Shown here piece after piece: positions 9,624-19,526 of a stretch of 64,000 nt of DNA (the first letter of the stretch is position 1; every line of letters starts with the position of its first letter). Source of the stretch: Candidatus Bathyarchaeia archaeon (GTDB lineage: Archaea; Thermoproteota; Bathyarchaeia; Bathyarchaeales; Bathycorpusculaceae); assembly GCA_038883775.1 (NCBI GenBank), contig JAVZLM010000008.1:1-64000 (forward strand), written 5' to 3'. Under the pieces are notes generated by a model, which saw nothing but the letters and a program-made list of their open reading frames with translations, was not told where the DNA came from and did not search any database. A program made the position numbers and the translations under genes.

Positions 9624-10457
9624 TTAGCTTAAAAGTTTAAGCTGGTTTAGGGTTCCAAGGTAGGTTCCATCTAAAAGGTAGGTTTCAGCATTTTCCATGT
9701 TTACCGCTTCTGAACGAAGAATTGGACCAACGACTCTTTCTTTACCAGTATCACCTTTGTTTAGCGGTTTTCCTCCTAAGAACTCGTTAAAGGAGGGCAT
9801 TATGAAAATGGTGGAGGTTTTGGGCTTAATCCTATAATGTTTAAATAATGTTTCTTCTGGATTCTGTTCAATTTTTATCTTATGCCTCTGCAATAAGATT
9901 TCAGTTAGCCTACTACCATTACAATTTGCTTTTATCCAAACTTGTTTTGTTATTCTAAACCCGGCGGGGTCTTGAAAGGCTACAACCGGATGGATGTGCC
10001 CCATTACTAACGTTTTACATTTCAGAAGGGTAGGTGATGGCCATCGATGCCCATGGAAAAAACCGACTTCGCCTAATGTTATGCCAGTTGCCGAGATAAC
10101 CTTTATGTTTTCTGGAAGTAAAGGTTCAAGGTTTCCGTCATGGTTGCCTCGGATTACCCATATTTCTTTTATCTGCCTTTTTAGTTCATTGAAGAATTCA
10201 GGTATGTCTTGCCATTCGCCCAGTTCTGCAGTTGCAACCGTATGTTTTACATCGCCCAAAATCAGCAGTTTTTCAGGTTTGTAGGCGGATATGAGGTCTT
10301 CCAGCTTTTTTAAAAGCCTCAAAGTCTGCGTTGGAACATGGATGCCTCTTTCCGAAAGTGCCATTTCCCAACCAATATGCAAGTCAACTATTACAAGAGT
10401 TATGCGCTGTCCCTCTTTAACCAGTAGAGCTGGTTGGTTTTGTATTAATCTTAACAA
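9624..10457 (-). CDS. Calcineurin-like metallophosphoesterase (COG1407-like)
   Basis: DLHIG, GDVKH, GNHD, HGH, GHIHP. Confidence 0.9.
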   Translation of the reverse strand: MLRLIQNQPALLVKEGQRITLVIVDLHIGWEMALSERGIHVPTQTLRLLKKLEDLISAYKPEKLLILGDVKHTVATAELGEWQDIPEFFNELKRQIKEIWVIRGNHDGNLEPLLPENIKVISATGITLGEVGFFHGHRWPSPTLLKCKTLVMGHIHPVVAFQDPAGFRITKQVWIKANCNGSRLTEILLQRHKIKIEQNPEETLFKHYRIKPKTSTIFIMPSFNEFLGGKPLNKGDTGKERVVGPILRSEAVNMENAETYLLDGTYLGTLNQLKLLS

Positions 10458-10458
10458 G

Positions 10459-11307
10459 TTATTCTTTTTCTCTCCTCAAAAAATTTAATATGATTTCATG
10501 AAGTTTTTGGTTCGCAGATGCTATGAAAGTCACTTTTTGTTTAGGGTCCAGCTTGATGTTTAATGGTTTTCCTTCGGGCGTTGTTATTTTTGCGCCCGCC
10601 TCTTTTATTATTAGCCATGCTGCCGCCACGTCTGTGGCACGAAGTTTTCCCCGTATGTCTAAAAAGGCGTCCGTGGTTCCATCGGCCACATAGCATAATT
10701 CTAAGGCGTTGGCTCCCAAATGGCGTATGTGCTTTGTTTTATTTATAATATTTGACAGTTTTGGAGCGATTTCTTTAACTCTGTATGTGTTTAAGTCTAT
10801 GCCTATCACAGCTTCTTCCAGCGAAGTATTTCTTGAAGGGGTTATTTTCTGGTTGTTGCGGTAAGCGCCATTTTCTTCTTGTGCAATATATGTTATATCA
10901 TGGGGTAAATCCGCCACAAGAGACGCGTGAACAGCGTCTAAAGCCGGTTTTGTGGAGACGGCAATGGATGTGGCGTAAAATGGTATACCTCTTTCAAGGT
11001 TTGTTGTACCATCTATGGGATCTGCGGTCACAAAATTTTCGTTGGGAGTTTTGCCATATTTTTTTACGCCCGATTCTTCGCTTATGAGCGTGAAGGAAAT
11101 GTTATGTCCTTTTAAGGTGTTTACTATAGCTTCTTCCGCTGCGAGGTCTATTTGCTTTATAGGGTCTCCGCCTGCACCTATGCCAAAGTTTGGTTGAGGC
11201 TGATTTAATGTTTTTAGGAGCGGAGCGATTTGTTTTTGTATGTTGCTTTTGCATTGAATAAGGATTTTTTGCCAATCGACTTGTTCTGCCATTAGGTTTT
11301 TCTCCAA
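10459..11307 (-). CDS. Inositol monophosphatase / FBPase family protein
   Basis: SEE, DPIDGT, DVAAA motifs. Confidence 0.9.
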   Translation of the reverse strand: MEKNLMAEQVDWQKILIQCKSNIQKQIAPLLKTLNQPQPNFGIGAGGDPIKQIDLAAEEAIVNTLKGHNISFTLISEESGVKKYGKTPNENFVTADPIDGTTNLERGIPFYATSIAVSTKPALDAVHASLVADLPHDITYIAQEENGAYRNNQKITPSRNTSLEEAVIGIDLNTYRVKEIAPKLSNIINKTKHIRHLGANALELCYVADGTTDAFLDIRGKLRATDVAAAWLIIKEAGAKITTPEGKPLNIKLDPKQKVTFIASANQKLHEIILNFLRREKE

Positions 11308-11485
11308 ATCCGTTATTTATAGTTTTATCGCTTATGATAAAAAGACTTTACTCTAAATGCTGCGGAACATTTAAACAAACGGACATGTCCGAAAATAGAC
11401 CTTTAGTCTAGTCTAAAAGTCCTCAATAGTATTTAAGCAACAACTAACTATCATAAACATCTTCCAGTCACTTAGAGGGTTAAAC

Positions 11486-11869
11486 TTGTCAACAAAACTT
11501 GAAAAACTGTTAAGTTTGTTAAGCGATAACGTATGGCATAACATGGAGGAAATAACGAAAACGCTGGAAATCCCATCTGAAAAGTTTCAGCAGATAATAA
11601 AGTTTTTGACAGAAGCGGACATGATACAGTATAATTCTGCAACAAATCAAGTAAAACTTAATCAAAACTGGAAAACCCTCATAATAAACCAGAAAGAACA
11701 TGACCAGCCACAACAAGAGACAACAGCCATTGGCACAATAATAATACCGCCACAAAAAAGTTTAGTAATTCAGTGCACAAGAATATCAAATTTAACGGAT
11801 AACAGCCTCGAATTGGAGGTTCGCATAGACAAAAGACTAAGCGAGATAGCCATAAACAAAATTAAATAG
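11486..11869 (+). CDS. Winged-helix DNA-binding protein
   Basis: L-S-D-N-V-W-H-N-M-E-E-I wHTH-like N-terminus; paralog at 12302-12577. Confidence 0.6.
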   Translation: MSTKLEKLLSLLSDNVWHNMEEITKTLEIPSEKFQQIIKFLTEADMIQYNSATNQVKLNQNWKTLIINQKEHDQPQQETTAIGTIIIPPQKSLVIQCTRISNLTDNSLELEVRIDKRLSEIAINKIK

Positions 11870-12131
11870 ACAAGAATTCATTAGCTTTTCGTAAAACCTT
11901 AAGAAGTTCGCGCCCTTTCTCAGTAGTTTTGTACAATATTATTCCTTCAGGATTCGCATTAACACGTTCGATTAAACCCGCATCCAACAATTCTTGAAGG
12001 TAAGAGTTAAACCGCATAAAATTCAAATTACACTGATACATAAGTCTAGTTTTATTGGCACCGCTCAAAGCTTCCTCGAGAAGGCTAATAATAACTTCTG
12101 TGCGACTTCTTCTATGCCTAGCCTTCTCCAT
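11862..12131 (-). CDS. Winged-helix transcriptional regulator (HTH_45/COG3432-like)
   Basis: RRSRTEVI...KTRLMYQCNLN...YKTTEKG. Confidence 0.85.
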   Translation of the reverse strand: MEKARHRRSRTEVIISLLEEALSGANKTRLMYQCNLNFMRFNSYLQELLDAGLIERVNANPEGIILYKTTEKGRELLKVLRKANEFLSI

Positions 12132-12301
12132 CCAATACCAACTCTGAATACGAATCCAACAATAAACAATTAATAGATAACAATTAAACCACTAATAAAG
12201 CTAACTCCAAACAATCTCCTAGAAAATTTTTCTGAAAGAAAATTTCAAAAGACGTTTAAGCACTAAAACATAAAGGTTTAAAATATTTCCTTTGGAGGAA
12301 G

Positions 12302-12577
12302 TTATCAACGACTTCTAAAATTGCGAAAGCTTTAGAATATCTTAAAGATGGAGAATGGCACACCATAGAGGAATTGATGGAAAAAATTAAGGTGAATAAG
12401 GACCAAATTCGGGAAATAATAAAATTTCTAAACGAATACAATTTCGTAATAATAAACCAAGCAGATAAAAAAGTAAAACTTGAAGAAATAATTCAAAAAT
12501 TTTTAACGCAAACCACTACTTCAAGAGAGCCACCAAATCCTTATAAGCCCTCAAAAAAGCCTTGCCCTTTTCGGTAA
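12302..12577 (+). CDS. Winged-helix protein, paralog of 11486-11869; homologous start position is TTA
   Basis: The frame opens upstream of the called start (LSTTSKIAKALEYLKDGEWHTIEELM); GGAGG at 12294-12298. Confidence 0.5.
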   Translation, partial: LSTTSKIAKALEYLKDGEWHTIEELMEKIKVNKDQIREIIKFLNEYNFVIINQADKKVKLEEIIQKFLTQTTTSREPPNPYKPSKKPCPFR

Positions 12578-12812
12578 TCTTGAAAAAACCTGGGTTGCCA
12601 TCAATATTTTCAGCAACCACACAAAGAAGCCCTCGGGTAATGAGAATTTCCAGGTAGTATTTTAATTGTTTGAAGCTCATGTTGCATCGATACATAAGAT
12701 ATGTTTTTCTTGTTCTCTCTTGGGATGCTTCTAAAAGGTCAGCAATTACGTCTAGTTGACAACGATGACCATTATTACTTCGCTTTTTACTTTGAACCAA
12801 CAAGTACCTCAA
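12516..12812 (-). CDS. Winged-helix transcriptional regulator (HTH_45/COG3432-like)
   Basis: KTYLMYRCNMS...FKITEKG; paralog of 11862-12131. Confidence 0.8.
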   Translation of the reverse strand: MRYLLVQSKKRSNNGHRCQLDVIADLLEASQERTRKTYLMYRCNMSFKQLKYYLEILITRGLLCVVAENIDGNPGFFKITEKGKAFLRAYKDLVALLK

Positions 12813-12940
12813 CTCGATTAGTGTTTGAGGTCCCCTTCTCCGAAAAATAAAACGTAAAACGTCAATTTAAACGTTCTGAAAAGGGGTATTAATGGTGAAA
12901 ATGTTAAAGGTGAAAAGAAAATGTTAGGAAGTTGAGTAGT

Positions 12941-13336
12941 TTAAAAAGTGTGGAGTTTTCTTAAAACTTTTTCACAGTCAGCATTTTTTTCCATGAAAAC
13001 GCTTATCCTATTTTCATCAATAACCAAAGAGAGCACTTTAACGTCTTTGCCTTCGACGTTTATGTTTTTGGCTTCGCCTAAATCGAAAAGTTCGCAAAGT
13101 TTCTCGCTTGCTTCTAGGGCTGAGGATGAAAGGATGGCGTAGTCAATTATTTTTGTTGGATCTTTGAGGTCTATGGCGGCTGATGTAGAGTTTCTGAGAA
13201 TATAGCCGATAACTCCATCGTAGGTTTTGATTTCTTCGAGGCTTGCCTTCAAATCTTTTTCGGAAGTTGTTTCTTCAACGGCTACTGGTTCGGTTATTGC
13301 AGCAGTTTCGGGAAAACCTTTTTTCTTTTTAACCAT
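12941..13336 (-). CDS. Roadblock/LC7-like domain protein
   Basis: LEEIKTYDGVIGYIL...LFDLGEAKNINVEG pattern. Confidence 0.65.
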   Translation of the reverse strand: MVKKKKGFPETAAITEPVAVEETTSEKDLKASLEEIKTYDGVIGYILRNSTSAAIDLKDPTKIIDYAILSSSALEASEKLCELFDLGEAKNINVEGKDVKVLSLVIDENRISVFMEKNADCEKVLRKLHTF

Positions 13337-13351
13337 AATGCAGCGCCTCCA

Positions 13352-14161
13352 TTATTGAATTATTGGTTTAGCCCTCACGAGTTCGCCTTTTTTAATTTCG
13401 AGGGCGAGTTGCACTTTTTCGGGCATTTGGATAACGCCTTTCCCCTCATATTTTGAATCTTTTATCGGCTTAACCTTACACCTTGCGGTTTTCCCATCAA
13501 AAGTTTCTATTTCAACTTCCTCAATTTTCTTATCTTCACAAAGTTTTTCCCACTGAGAGAGTATTTCGGTGTCAATGCGCACAGTGTCTGATGGGACAAG
13601 CAAGCCTCCGAGGTTTTCCACTATTAGCTGGTTTACTGGGGGTTCGGGAAAGAGGGGTTCAGGTTGTTCTATCGGAGGCTTTTCTATTTTCTTTGGTTCT
13701 TCCTCTTCTTTTGCTGGTTGTGGAAGCTTTTGGGTCATTGGGATTTCGGGTTCTATTTTTAGCGATGGAGTTGGAGTGTTTTGGAGGGGGGTAGGGCAGA
13801 TTTTCTCTAGCAACTTTAGAACTGTGGGAATTAAGACGCGGGTGACGGTGTTTACGTAGTTTATGTCCGCCTTTTTTGATGTAACTGCGGCGAAGTATAT
13901 GTCTTTTAGGCATGAAACGTTTACTCTGCCGTTATTTCCTTCTATGGTTATTCCTTCGACACCACCTATTTTGTCTGCCTTTTCCAAAATGCCGTCAAAG
14001 GCGTCTATAACCTGCATTATAGTTTTTTCATGTGTATTCTCGTCTGCGGCTAATATTTCGCCGTCTTGATTAAACATGAAAGTGTGAGTTACGTCTGGGC
14101 AGACATTTCGAATTTCATTTAGAGCGTTTTTTAGAGCAAAGCTGTAGACTTCATTATCCAT
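13352..14161 (-). CDS. Roadblock/LC7 domain + Pro-rich linker + putative double-psi beta-barrel (CDC48_N-like) domain
   Basis: N-terminus ALNEIRNVCPDVTHTFMFNQDGEILA; C-terminus GKGVIQMPEKVQLALEIKKGELVRAKP; start moved to MDNEV. Confidence 0.6.
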   Translation of the reverse strand: MDNEVYSFALKNALNEIRNVCPDVTHTFMFNQDGEILAADENTHEKTIMQVIDAFDGILEKADKIGGVEGITIEGNNGRVNVSCLKDIYFAAVTSKKADINYVNTVTRVLIPTVLKLLEKICPTPLQNTPTPSLKIEPEIPMTQKLPQPAKEEEEPKKIEKPPIEQPEPLFPEPPVNQLIVENLGGLLVPSDTVRIDTEILSQWEKLCEDKKIEEVEIETFDGKTARCKVKPIKDSKYEGKGVIQMPEKVQLALEIKKGELVRAKPIIQ

Positions 14162-14183
14162 GTTTTTCACTTCCTTAATGCCT

Positions 14184-14609
14184 TTAAGATAGTTTGAAGA
14201 GGATACGTTCAGGAACGCCGTCGTTTTCCACAACAAGATATTTTAAGCCTTCAGTGTCGCCAAGCTGGTCAAGCCATTTTAGGGCTTCTCTGGCTTTCTG
14301 CAAAACCAAAAGCCTTTCCTGGTGGCTGCGCACGACTTCTTCTATTGCTGTGAGTTCGTGGAATGGGTTGGCATCTAAAATTATACTTAAACTGCCTATG
14401 GTGATTTCGCCAAGGCTTTCGGTTGCAGCTTTCTTGCCAGCCAGTTTCATGACTACTTCTCGGATTTTTTTGGATTTTTCAGCCAAAGCCCTAATATCAT
14501 CTAAACGACGCAGGTATTCGCCTAAAGTGCTTTTTGTTTCTGAAATTTCTTTTTCAAGGGTTTCAGCTATTTCTTCTGCCGAAGCGTATTCCTTTATTTC
14601 TACCACCAT
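14184..14609 (-). CDS. Coiled-coil hypothetical protein
   Basis: Helical hairpin with heptads; GGAGGTG SD upstream. Confidence 0.7.
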   Translation of the reverse strand: MVVEIKEYASAEEIAETLEKEISETKSTLGEYLRRLDDIRALAEKSKKIREVVMKLAGKKAATESLGEITIGSLSIILDANPFHELTAIEEVVRSHQERLLVLQKAREALKWLDQLGDTEGLKYLVVENDGVPERILFKLS

Positions 14610-14701
14610 TATATTTTACACCTCCAAACATGGAAACAAAGGGAAATTAGAGAGAGGCTTAACCTCACCCTACCCCAACCTCAACACGAACAATGGGTGA
14701 A

Positions 14702-15139
14702 CTATTGCGGAGCGGTTGCTTGATACGAGCCAACTACTTGTCCGCTGCCATCGTAAAGGTCAATTTTATAGGGATTACCAGCAACCCAATCGTATTTTAT
14801 TCGCACCCATCCCGTGGCTCCAGAAGCATACGACCCTGAACTATGAGTTGAATCAAACGCAATATCCGACGCAGATACAGGTGAGTTATTAATTTTCACT
14901 GAAGCGATTGTAACCATGTTTGTTCCAGAATTCTTCAATGTACAATTGATATACTTAGATCCAGCAGTAGTGCCCTCAAATCGCACGTTTGTTATTGTGA
15001 TTGAGGATGAGCCCATGAATCCTATTGTTAGGGCGCCCATCCATGCTGCCACGGCTATGCTTACGGCGACTGTTACGGCGATGAGTATGATTGATGCAAC
15101 TACGGGGCTTAGGGCTTTCTTGTTCCTCAATATTTTCAT
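14702..15139 (-). CDS. Archaeal type IV pilin
   Basis: Class III signal peptide KKA|LSPVVASIILIAVTVAVSIAVAAW followed by a beta-rich domain. Confidence 0.9.
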   Translation of the reverse strand: MKILRNKKALSPVVASIILIAVTVAVSIAVAAWMGALTIGFMGSSSITITNVRFEGTTAGSKYINCTLKNSGTNMVTIASVKINNSPVSASDIAFDSTHSSGSYASGATGWVRIKYDWVAGNPYKIDLYDGSGQVVGSYQATAPQ

Positions 15140-15340
15140 TTCTTTTTTATCCCTCCTTTTGAGGTTGTTGTGTATGTTAGAGGAGACAGAGAATTTAAAT
15201 CTTACGACTTAATACACCATATTAATTATTTGTAAAACAAAACCACAAAAAACCCAAAAATCACAACTATAAAGACGTTTAAAAAACCATGTAAAACGAA
15301 ACTGTACAACAGCAACCGAACATTATTCTCAATAAACGCC

Positions 15341-15676
15341 TTAAGGACCCAACTTGTCAAAAAACTCCAAGAGAAGCTTTGCCACTTTTTCGCCAAACTC
15401 CGTTTTCACATAATACTTCTTCAAAGGGTCTATGCGCTCGCCCTTGGCCAAACCCAAATCCTCGATCTCAATCATCCTAGCCCTAAATGTTCCATCGCTC
15501 AAAGTCAAACCGTTAGAGCGCATAAACTCTTTGGCTTCCTTCCATTTTCCACGGTTCATGTAAAGCAATAAAATGCAGTCTATGGCGTGGTCCTTTTCAA
15601 GCATAGCCTTAACAGCCGACAGTTTCGGGTCTGTCAATATGCGCTTAATCTTCTCCTCATCTCCACTCTTAACCAT
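15341..15676 (-). CDS. Winged-helix hypothetical protein
   Basis: LSDGTFRARMIEIEDLGLA...YYVKTEFG. Confidence 0.65.
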   Translation of the reverse strand: MVKSGDEEKIKRILTDPKLSAVKAMLEKDHAIDCILLLYMNRGKWKEAKEFMRSNGLTLSDGTFRARMIEIEDLGLAKGERIDPLKKYYVKTEFGEKVAKLLLEFFDKLGP

Positions 15677-15845
15677 AGCACACTCAACCTTTGCTATTTC
15701 CTCTTTCTGATTATAGCTTAAACCCTTTAAAAGATTTAACCTATATTACGATTTATGACTTATTATAGACAATAAAAGTTAGTTTTAAGGGCTGCTATTT
15801 TCTTTTCCGATATATGCGAGCGCGTCAACGATAGAAAAAGGAGTG

Positions 15846-16772
15846 TCATCTCCAAGTTATATATTTTGATCTTGGATTAAGTACATCTTCCAACACTGAT
15901 GCGAGCAGGTTAAAGCCGAGGGCTAATAGTGTTATGCATAATCCAGGAGGGATAAACCACCACCATGCACCTGTTGAAAATGCCGTGCGTTGCTGTGCAA
16001 AGTATAACATCATTCCCCAGCTTTTTTGCGTTGGATCGCCGAGACCCAAGAAACTCAAAGCTGCTTCTAACAAGATGGCATCAACTATCCTAAGTATTGC
16101 ATTGGCATATATTAACGACGCAACATTTGGCAATATATAACGCATTATCGTGTAACCATCAGACGCGCCCAGCGCCTTAATGCTCTCCATAAACTCCTTG
16201 TTCTTAACTGAGATAGTTTGCGATCTTATCGTCCGAGCTCCAGCAGGCCATGTCAAAATTGAAATCGCCAATAAAACAGTCAATAAGCCAGGACCAAGAT
16301 TGGCTGCTAACAATATAACAAACGGCACAAAGGGTATTAGTAAGAAAATATCCATCAATCCCGTGAAAAAACTTCCAACCTTTTGATAATATCCTGAAAG
16401 TATACCGAACGCCGCTGCTATGAAAGTAGAGCATATTCCCGCTATTAAACTGATCAGAAGGGATATTCGAGTTCCATACAATAATTCACTAAAAACATCT
16501 TGCCCCAAATCATTCGTGCCTAGAATAAACTTTTCAGATGGGGGCGAAAATGGAGGCCCAACTAACTTATAAGGGTCATAAGGAGCAATATAAGGAGCTA
16601 ATATAGCTATTAACACGAAAGATGATGTTATAAACACACCGATTAAGCCTCTTTTTCTACGCAGCACCTCCTTAACTACTATTAAAGCGCTGTTTAACTT
16701 TCTTGAAATAAAAGTTTTCAGTTTACATTTACCTCCTTGTTCTTGGATCCAAAGCAAGTATGAAAACGTCAA
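15846..16772 (-). CDS. Peptide ABC transporter permease (OppC/DppC; true start probably further downstream)
   Basis: LGTNDLGQD, EAA-like motif, LSFLGLG. Confidence 0.93.
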   Translation of the reverse strand: MTFSYLLWIQEQGGKCKLKTFISRKLNSALIVVKEVLRRKRGLIGVFITSSFVLIAILAPYIAPYDPYKLVGPPFSPPSEKFILGTNDLGQDVFSELLYGTRISLLISLIAGICSTFIAAAFGILSGYYQKVGSFFTGLMDIFLLIPFVPFVILLAANLGPGLLTVLLAISILTWPAGARTIRSQTISVKNKEFMESIKALGASDGYTIMRYILPNVASLIYANAILRIVDAILLEAALSFLGLGDPTQKSWGMMLYFAQQRTAFSTGAWWWFIPPGLCITLLALGFNLLASVLEDVLNPRSKYITWR

Positions 16773-17706
16773 TAATGAACAAGGCGCAAAGCATGGTTAA
16801 AGTGAGCATAAGAAATGCACCCTGCAAAAGAGTATAATCCCGAGCGAAGACAGCTTCAAAAAGAAGCCGTCCCAATCCAGGATAGGAAAAAACCACTTCT
16901 ATAATCACGGCTCCACTTACAATGTATCCTATTTGAAGGGTGAACCATGTTAAAATGGGAATTATGGCGGCTCTAAACGCATGCTTGTATAAAAGTTTGA
17001 TTTTGCTTAAACCCTTTGCCCTTGCCGTAAGCATAAACTCTTCAGGAAGCACTTCTGAAAAACTTGCTTTAACTACTAAAATGTTTCCTGGAACATAATA
17101 AAGCGAAAGCGTAACTACGGGAAGCACCATATGCCACAATACGTCTACAAGCCTTACTAAAAGATCAGATTTTGGCAAACCTATAGTTATGGCTCCCGAT
17201 AACGGAAATACACGAAGATAATAACCGAATATTAAGAGTAAAATCATGCCCACCCAAAAGCTTGGGATGGTGCGGGAAATAAAGCAAAGATCTGTTATTA
17301 TAGATGCTTTTTTGGTTCCCTCATGCCATGAGATATATGGAGCTATTATCATGCCTATTAGCATGGATAAAACCGTAGCGGTTCCCATTAAAAGAATGGT
17401 CCATGGTAACCTCTCTAGGATAACCTTTATTACTGGTGAAGGGTAGTAGGAGTAAGATATTCCAAGTTCTCCTCTAAAAATGTTCACAATGAAAATAAAA
17501 AATTGTTCAATTAAAGGCTTATCAAGTCCAAAAGTTTTAATTAACGCTTCTCTTTCTTGCTGTGTTAGTCTGCCTTCCATTATCCACCTATAAGTAGGAT
17601 CACCAGGTATAGACCTCAAAATTACAAAAGTTACAGTTGTAATAAAAAGAAAAAGGAAGATTAAATAGGAAAATCGTTTGACTATATAGCCTATTACTGA
17701 TGTCAA
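16729..17706 (-). CDS. Peptide ABC transporter permease (OppB/DppB)
   Basis: PGDP, ARAKGL, IEVVFSYPGLG. Confidence 0.95.
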   Translation of the reverse strand: MTSVIGYIVKRFSYLIFLFLFITTVTFVILRSIPGDPTYRWIMEGRLTQQEREALIKTFGLDKPLIEQFFIFIVNIFRGELGISYSYYPSPVIKVILERLPWTILLMGTATVLSMLIGMIIAPYISWHEGTKKASIITDLCFISRTIPSFWVGMILLLIFGYYLRVFPLSGAITIGLPKSDLLVRLVDVLWHMVLPVVTLSLYYVPGNILVVKASFSEVLPEEFMLTARAKGLSKIKLLYKHAFRAAIIPILTWFTLQIGYIVSGAVIIEVVFSYPGLGRLLFEAVFARDYTLLQGAFLMLTLTMLCALFIIDVFILALDPRTRR

Positions 17707-19436
17707 CTGGTCCCTCTCGTAGCCTTCTTTTTGGCATATAAAATGTATGCGACGGCGCCTATGATTATAACTAAGATCACAATGACCGAACCTAAAATCA
17801 GTAGCGTATAGTCTGGTGGTTTAGTTTCTGTAGGGCCTCCAACAGCATGCAGTGATAAGTAGCAAAGTGTATTTCTTAAACCGTACCTTGGCACCGCTAT
17901 CCACCCTTCTATAGTGTCGGTTCGAACTGCATACACAAGGTCTTGGTACCAAAGAGGTATCCAAGGCAAATCAAGTGCGAGTACTTCTTGCATTTGTAAT
18001 AGATAGGGTCTCCTCTCTTCAGGTGTTGCGCTCATTCTTTGCTGTTCGGCTAATGTATCAAATTCGGTACTGTTGTAACCAGCCCAGTTTAAGCCCCAAT
18101 GTCCAATTCTGCTTGAATGGAAAGATTCGTAAATAAATGGGTCGGGGTCAAAGTATAGTCTCCACCCAAGGGGGAATAAATCAAAATCCCATCTGTTTAG
18201 AACCATATCCAGTATTGTGTTCGGTTCTCCCGGTATTACGTTAACATTTATGCCTACATCCTCTAACATGCCTGCTAGGAGTTCCGATAGCCTCGGCCAA
18301 ATGTCTACATTATACGTTGGCATGTCTAGAACTATCTCTGTTCCATTTGGATATTCCCTCATACCGTTGCCATTGGTATCGAGGAAGCCAATTTCGTCAA
18401 GAATTTGGTTTGCCTTTGTTACGTTGTATTCGTATTTTGTGACATTGGGATTATACCAGTATCTTAGTCCCGGCACAAGGAGTGAGTGGGCAACATCACC
18501 CATCCCAAGGATTATTGTTGACACTAAGAGATCCTTATCTATTGCATGCGCTACAGCCCTTCTAAACTCAACTAAATTTATCGGGTAGCGGCGAAGGTTA
18601 AGACTTAGATAGGTGAAGTATGTGCTTGGAGCTAACACGATTCTGATGTTTGGCTCCGTCATCAAATCTCTAACAGCTGGGCCAGGCGTAAGTTCAGCCA
18701 CGTCGAGTTCTCCAGTTTTAAGCGCCAAAATCTGGACGTCAGTTGACGGAATTATCTTTATTATAACTTTGTCTATTTTTGGGCTTCCCTTGAAATAGTT
18801 TGTATTTTTTTCCAGCATAATGTATTCGCCAGCTCTCCTCTCTACAAACTTGAAAGGACCTGAACCCACAGGGTTATCATTTGTGAAAGTTCCCGGATCT
18901 GAGACGGTTTCCCATATATGCTTTGGAACAACAAAGAATATGTCAGACATAATAAGTGGGATAGGGCTAAATGGTTGTTTTAAGGTAACGGCCACCGTGT
19001 AGGTATCGATTGCCTCTGCGGAATCTATGACTTCGCCAACTGAACCTAAATAGGGCAGCGTGTGATCTCTAACGAACTCAATTGAGTACTTAAAATCTTC
19101 TGCTGTTACTGGTTGGCCGTCATGCCATGTAGCGTTTCTAACAAGGTGAAAGACAAATTGCATGTCTTCCTCGTCATATTCGTAACTTTCAACAAGCCAA
19201 GGTATTAAAGTGCCATTTTGATCCACCTTAAATGGCGTATCATAAATCAGCTGCAAGGTATCCAGTTCGCTTATTACATGCCAATAGAAGGGGTTCAACG
19301 TGCTTAATTCAGCGTTCCACGCCATTCGCAACGTTACCTCTTGCTGCTGCGCACTAATACCCACCGAAGTAAACGCGTTTAGCAATAATAGCGTGCACAC
19401 AATCAAAGCCAAAATAGATAACTTATGTATCTGCAA
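17703..19436 (-). CDS. Peptide ABC transporter substrate-binding protein (family 5), C-terminal TM anchor
   Basis: WHDGQPVTAED, GSGPFK, RRAVAHAID; signal peptide and C-terminal TM. Confidence 0.95.
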   Translation of the reverse strand: MQIHKLSILALIVCTLLLLNAFTSVGISAQQQEVTLRMAWNAELSTLNPFYWHVISELDTLQLIYDTPFKVDQNGTLIPWLVESYEYDEEDMQFVFHLVRNATWHDGQPVTAEDFKYSIEFVRDHTLPYLGSVGEVIDSAEAIDTYTVAVTLKQPFSPIPLIMSDIFFVVPKHIWETVSDPGTFTNDNPVGSGPFKFVERRAGEYIMLEKNTNYFKGSPKIDKVIIKIIPSTDVQILALKTGELDVAELTPGPAVRDLMTEPNIRIVLAPSTYFTYLSLNLRRYPINLVEFRRAVAHAIDKDLLVSTIILGMGDVAHSLLVPGLRYWYNPNVTKYEYNVTKANQILDEIGFLDTNGNGMREYPNGTEIVLDMPTYNVDIWPRLSELLAGMLEDVGINVNVIPGEPNTILDMVLNRWDFDLFPLGWRLYFDPDPFIYESFHSSRIGHWGLNWAGYNSTEFDTLAEQQRMSATPEERRPYLLQMQEVLALDLPWIPLWYQDLVYAVRTDTIEGWIAVPRYGLRNTLCYLSLHAVGGPTETKPPDYTLLILGSVIVILVIIIGAVAYILYAKKKATRGTS

Positions 19437-19526
19437 AACCTTTACTCTCCTTTCACTTGTTGACGTTAGTAAAATGTCAGCTTTTATATAAAATTTTTCG
19501 TAAATTTTGACGTATAATGACTCTAC

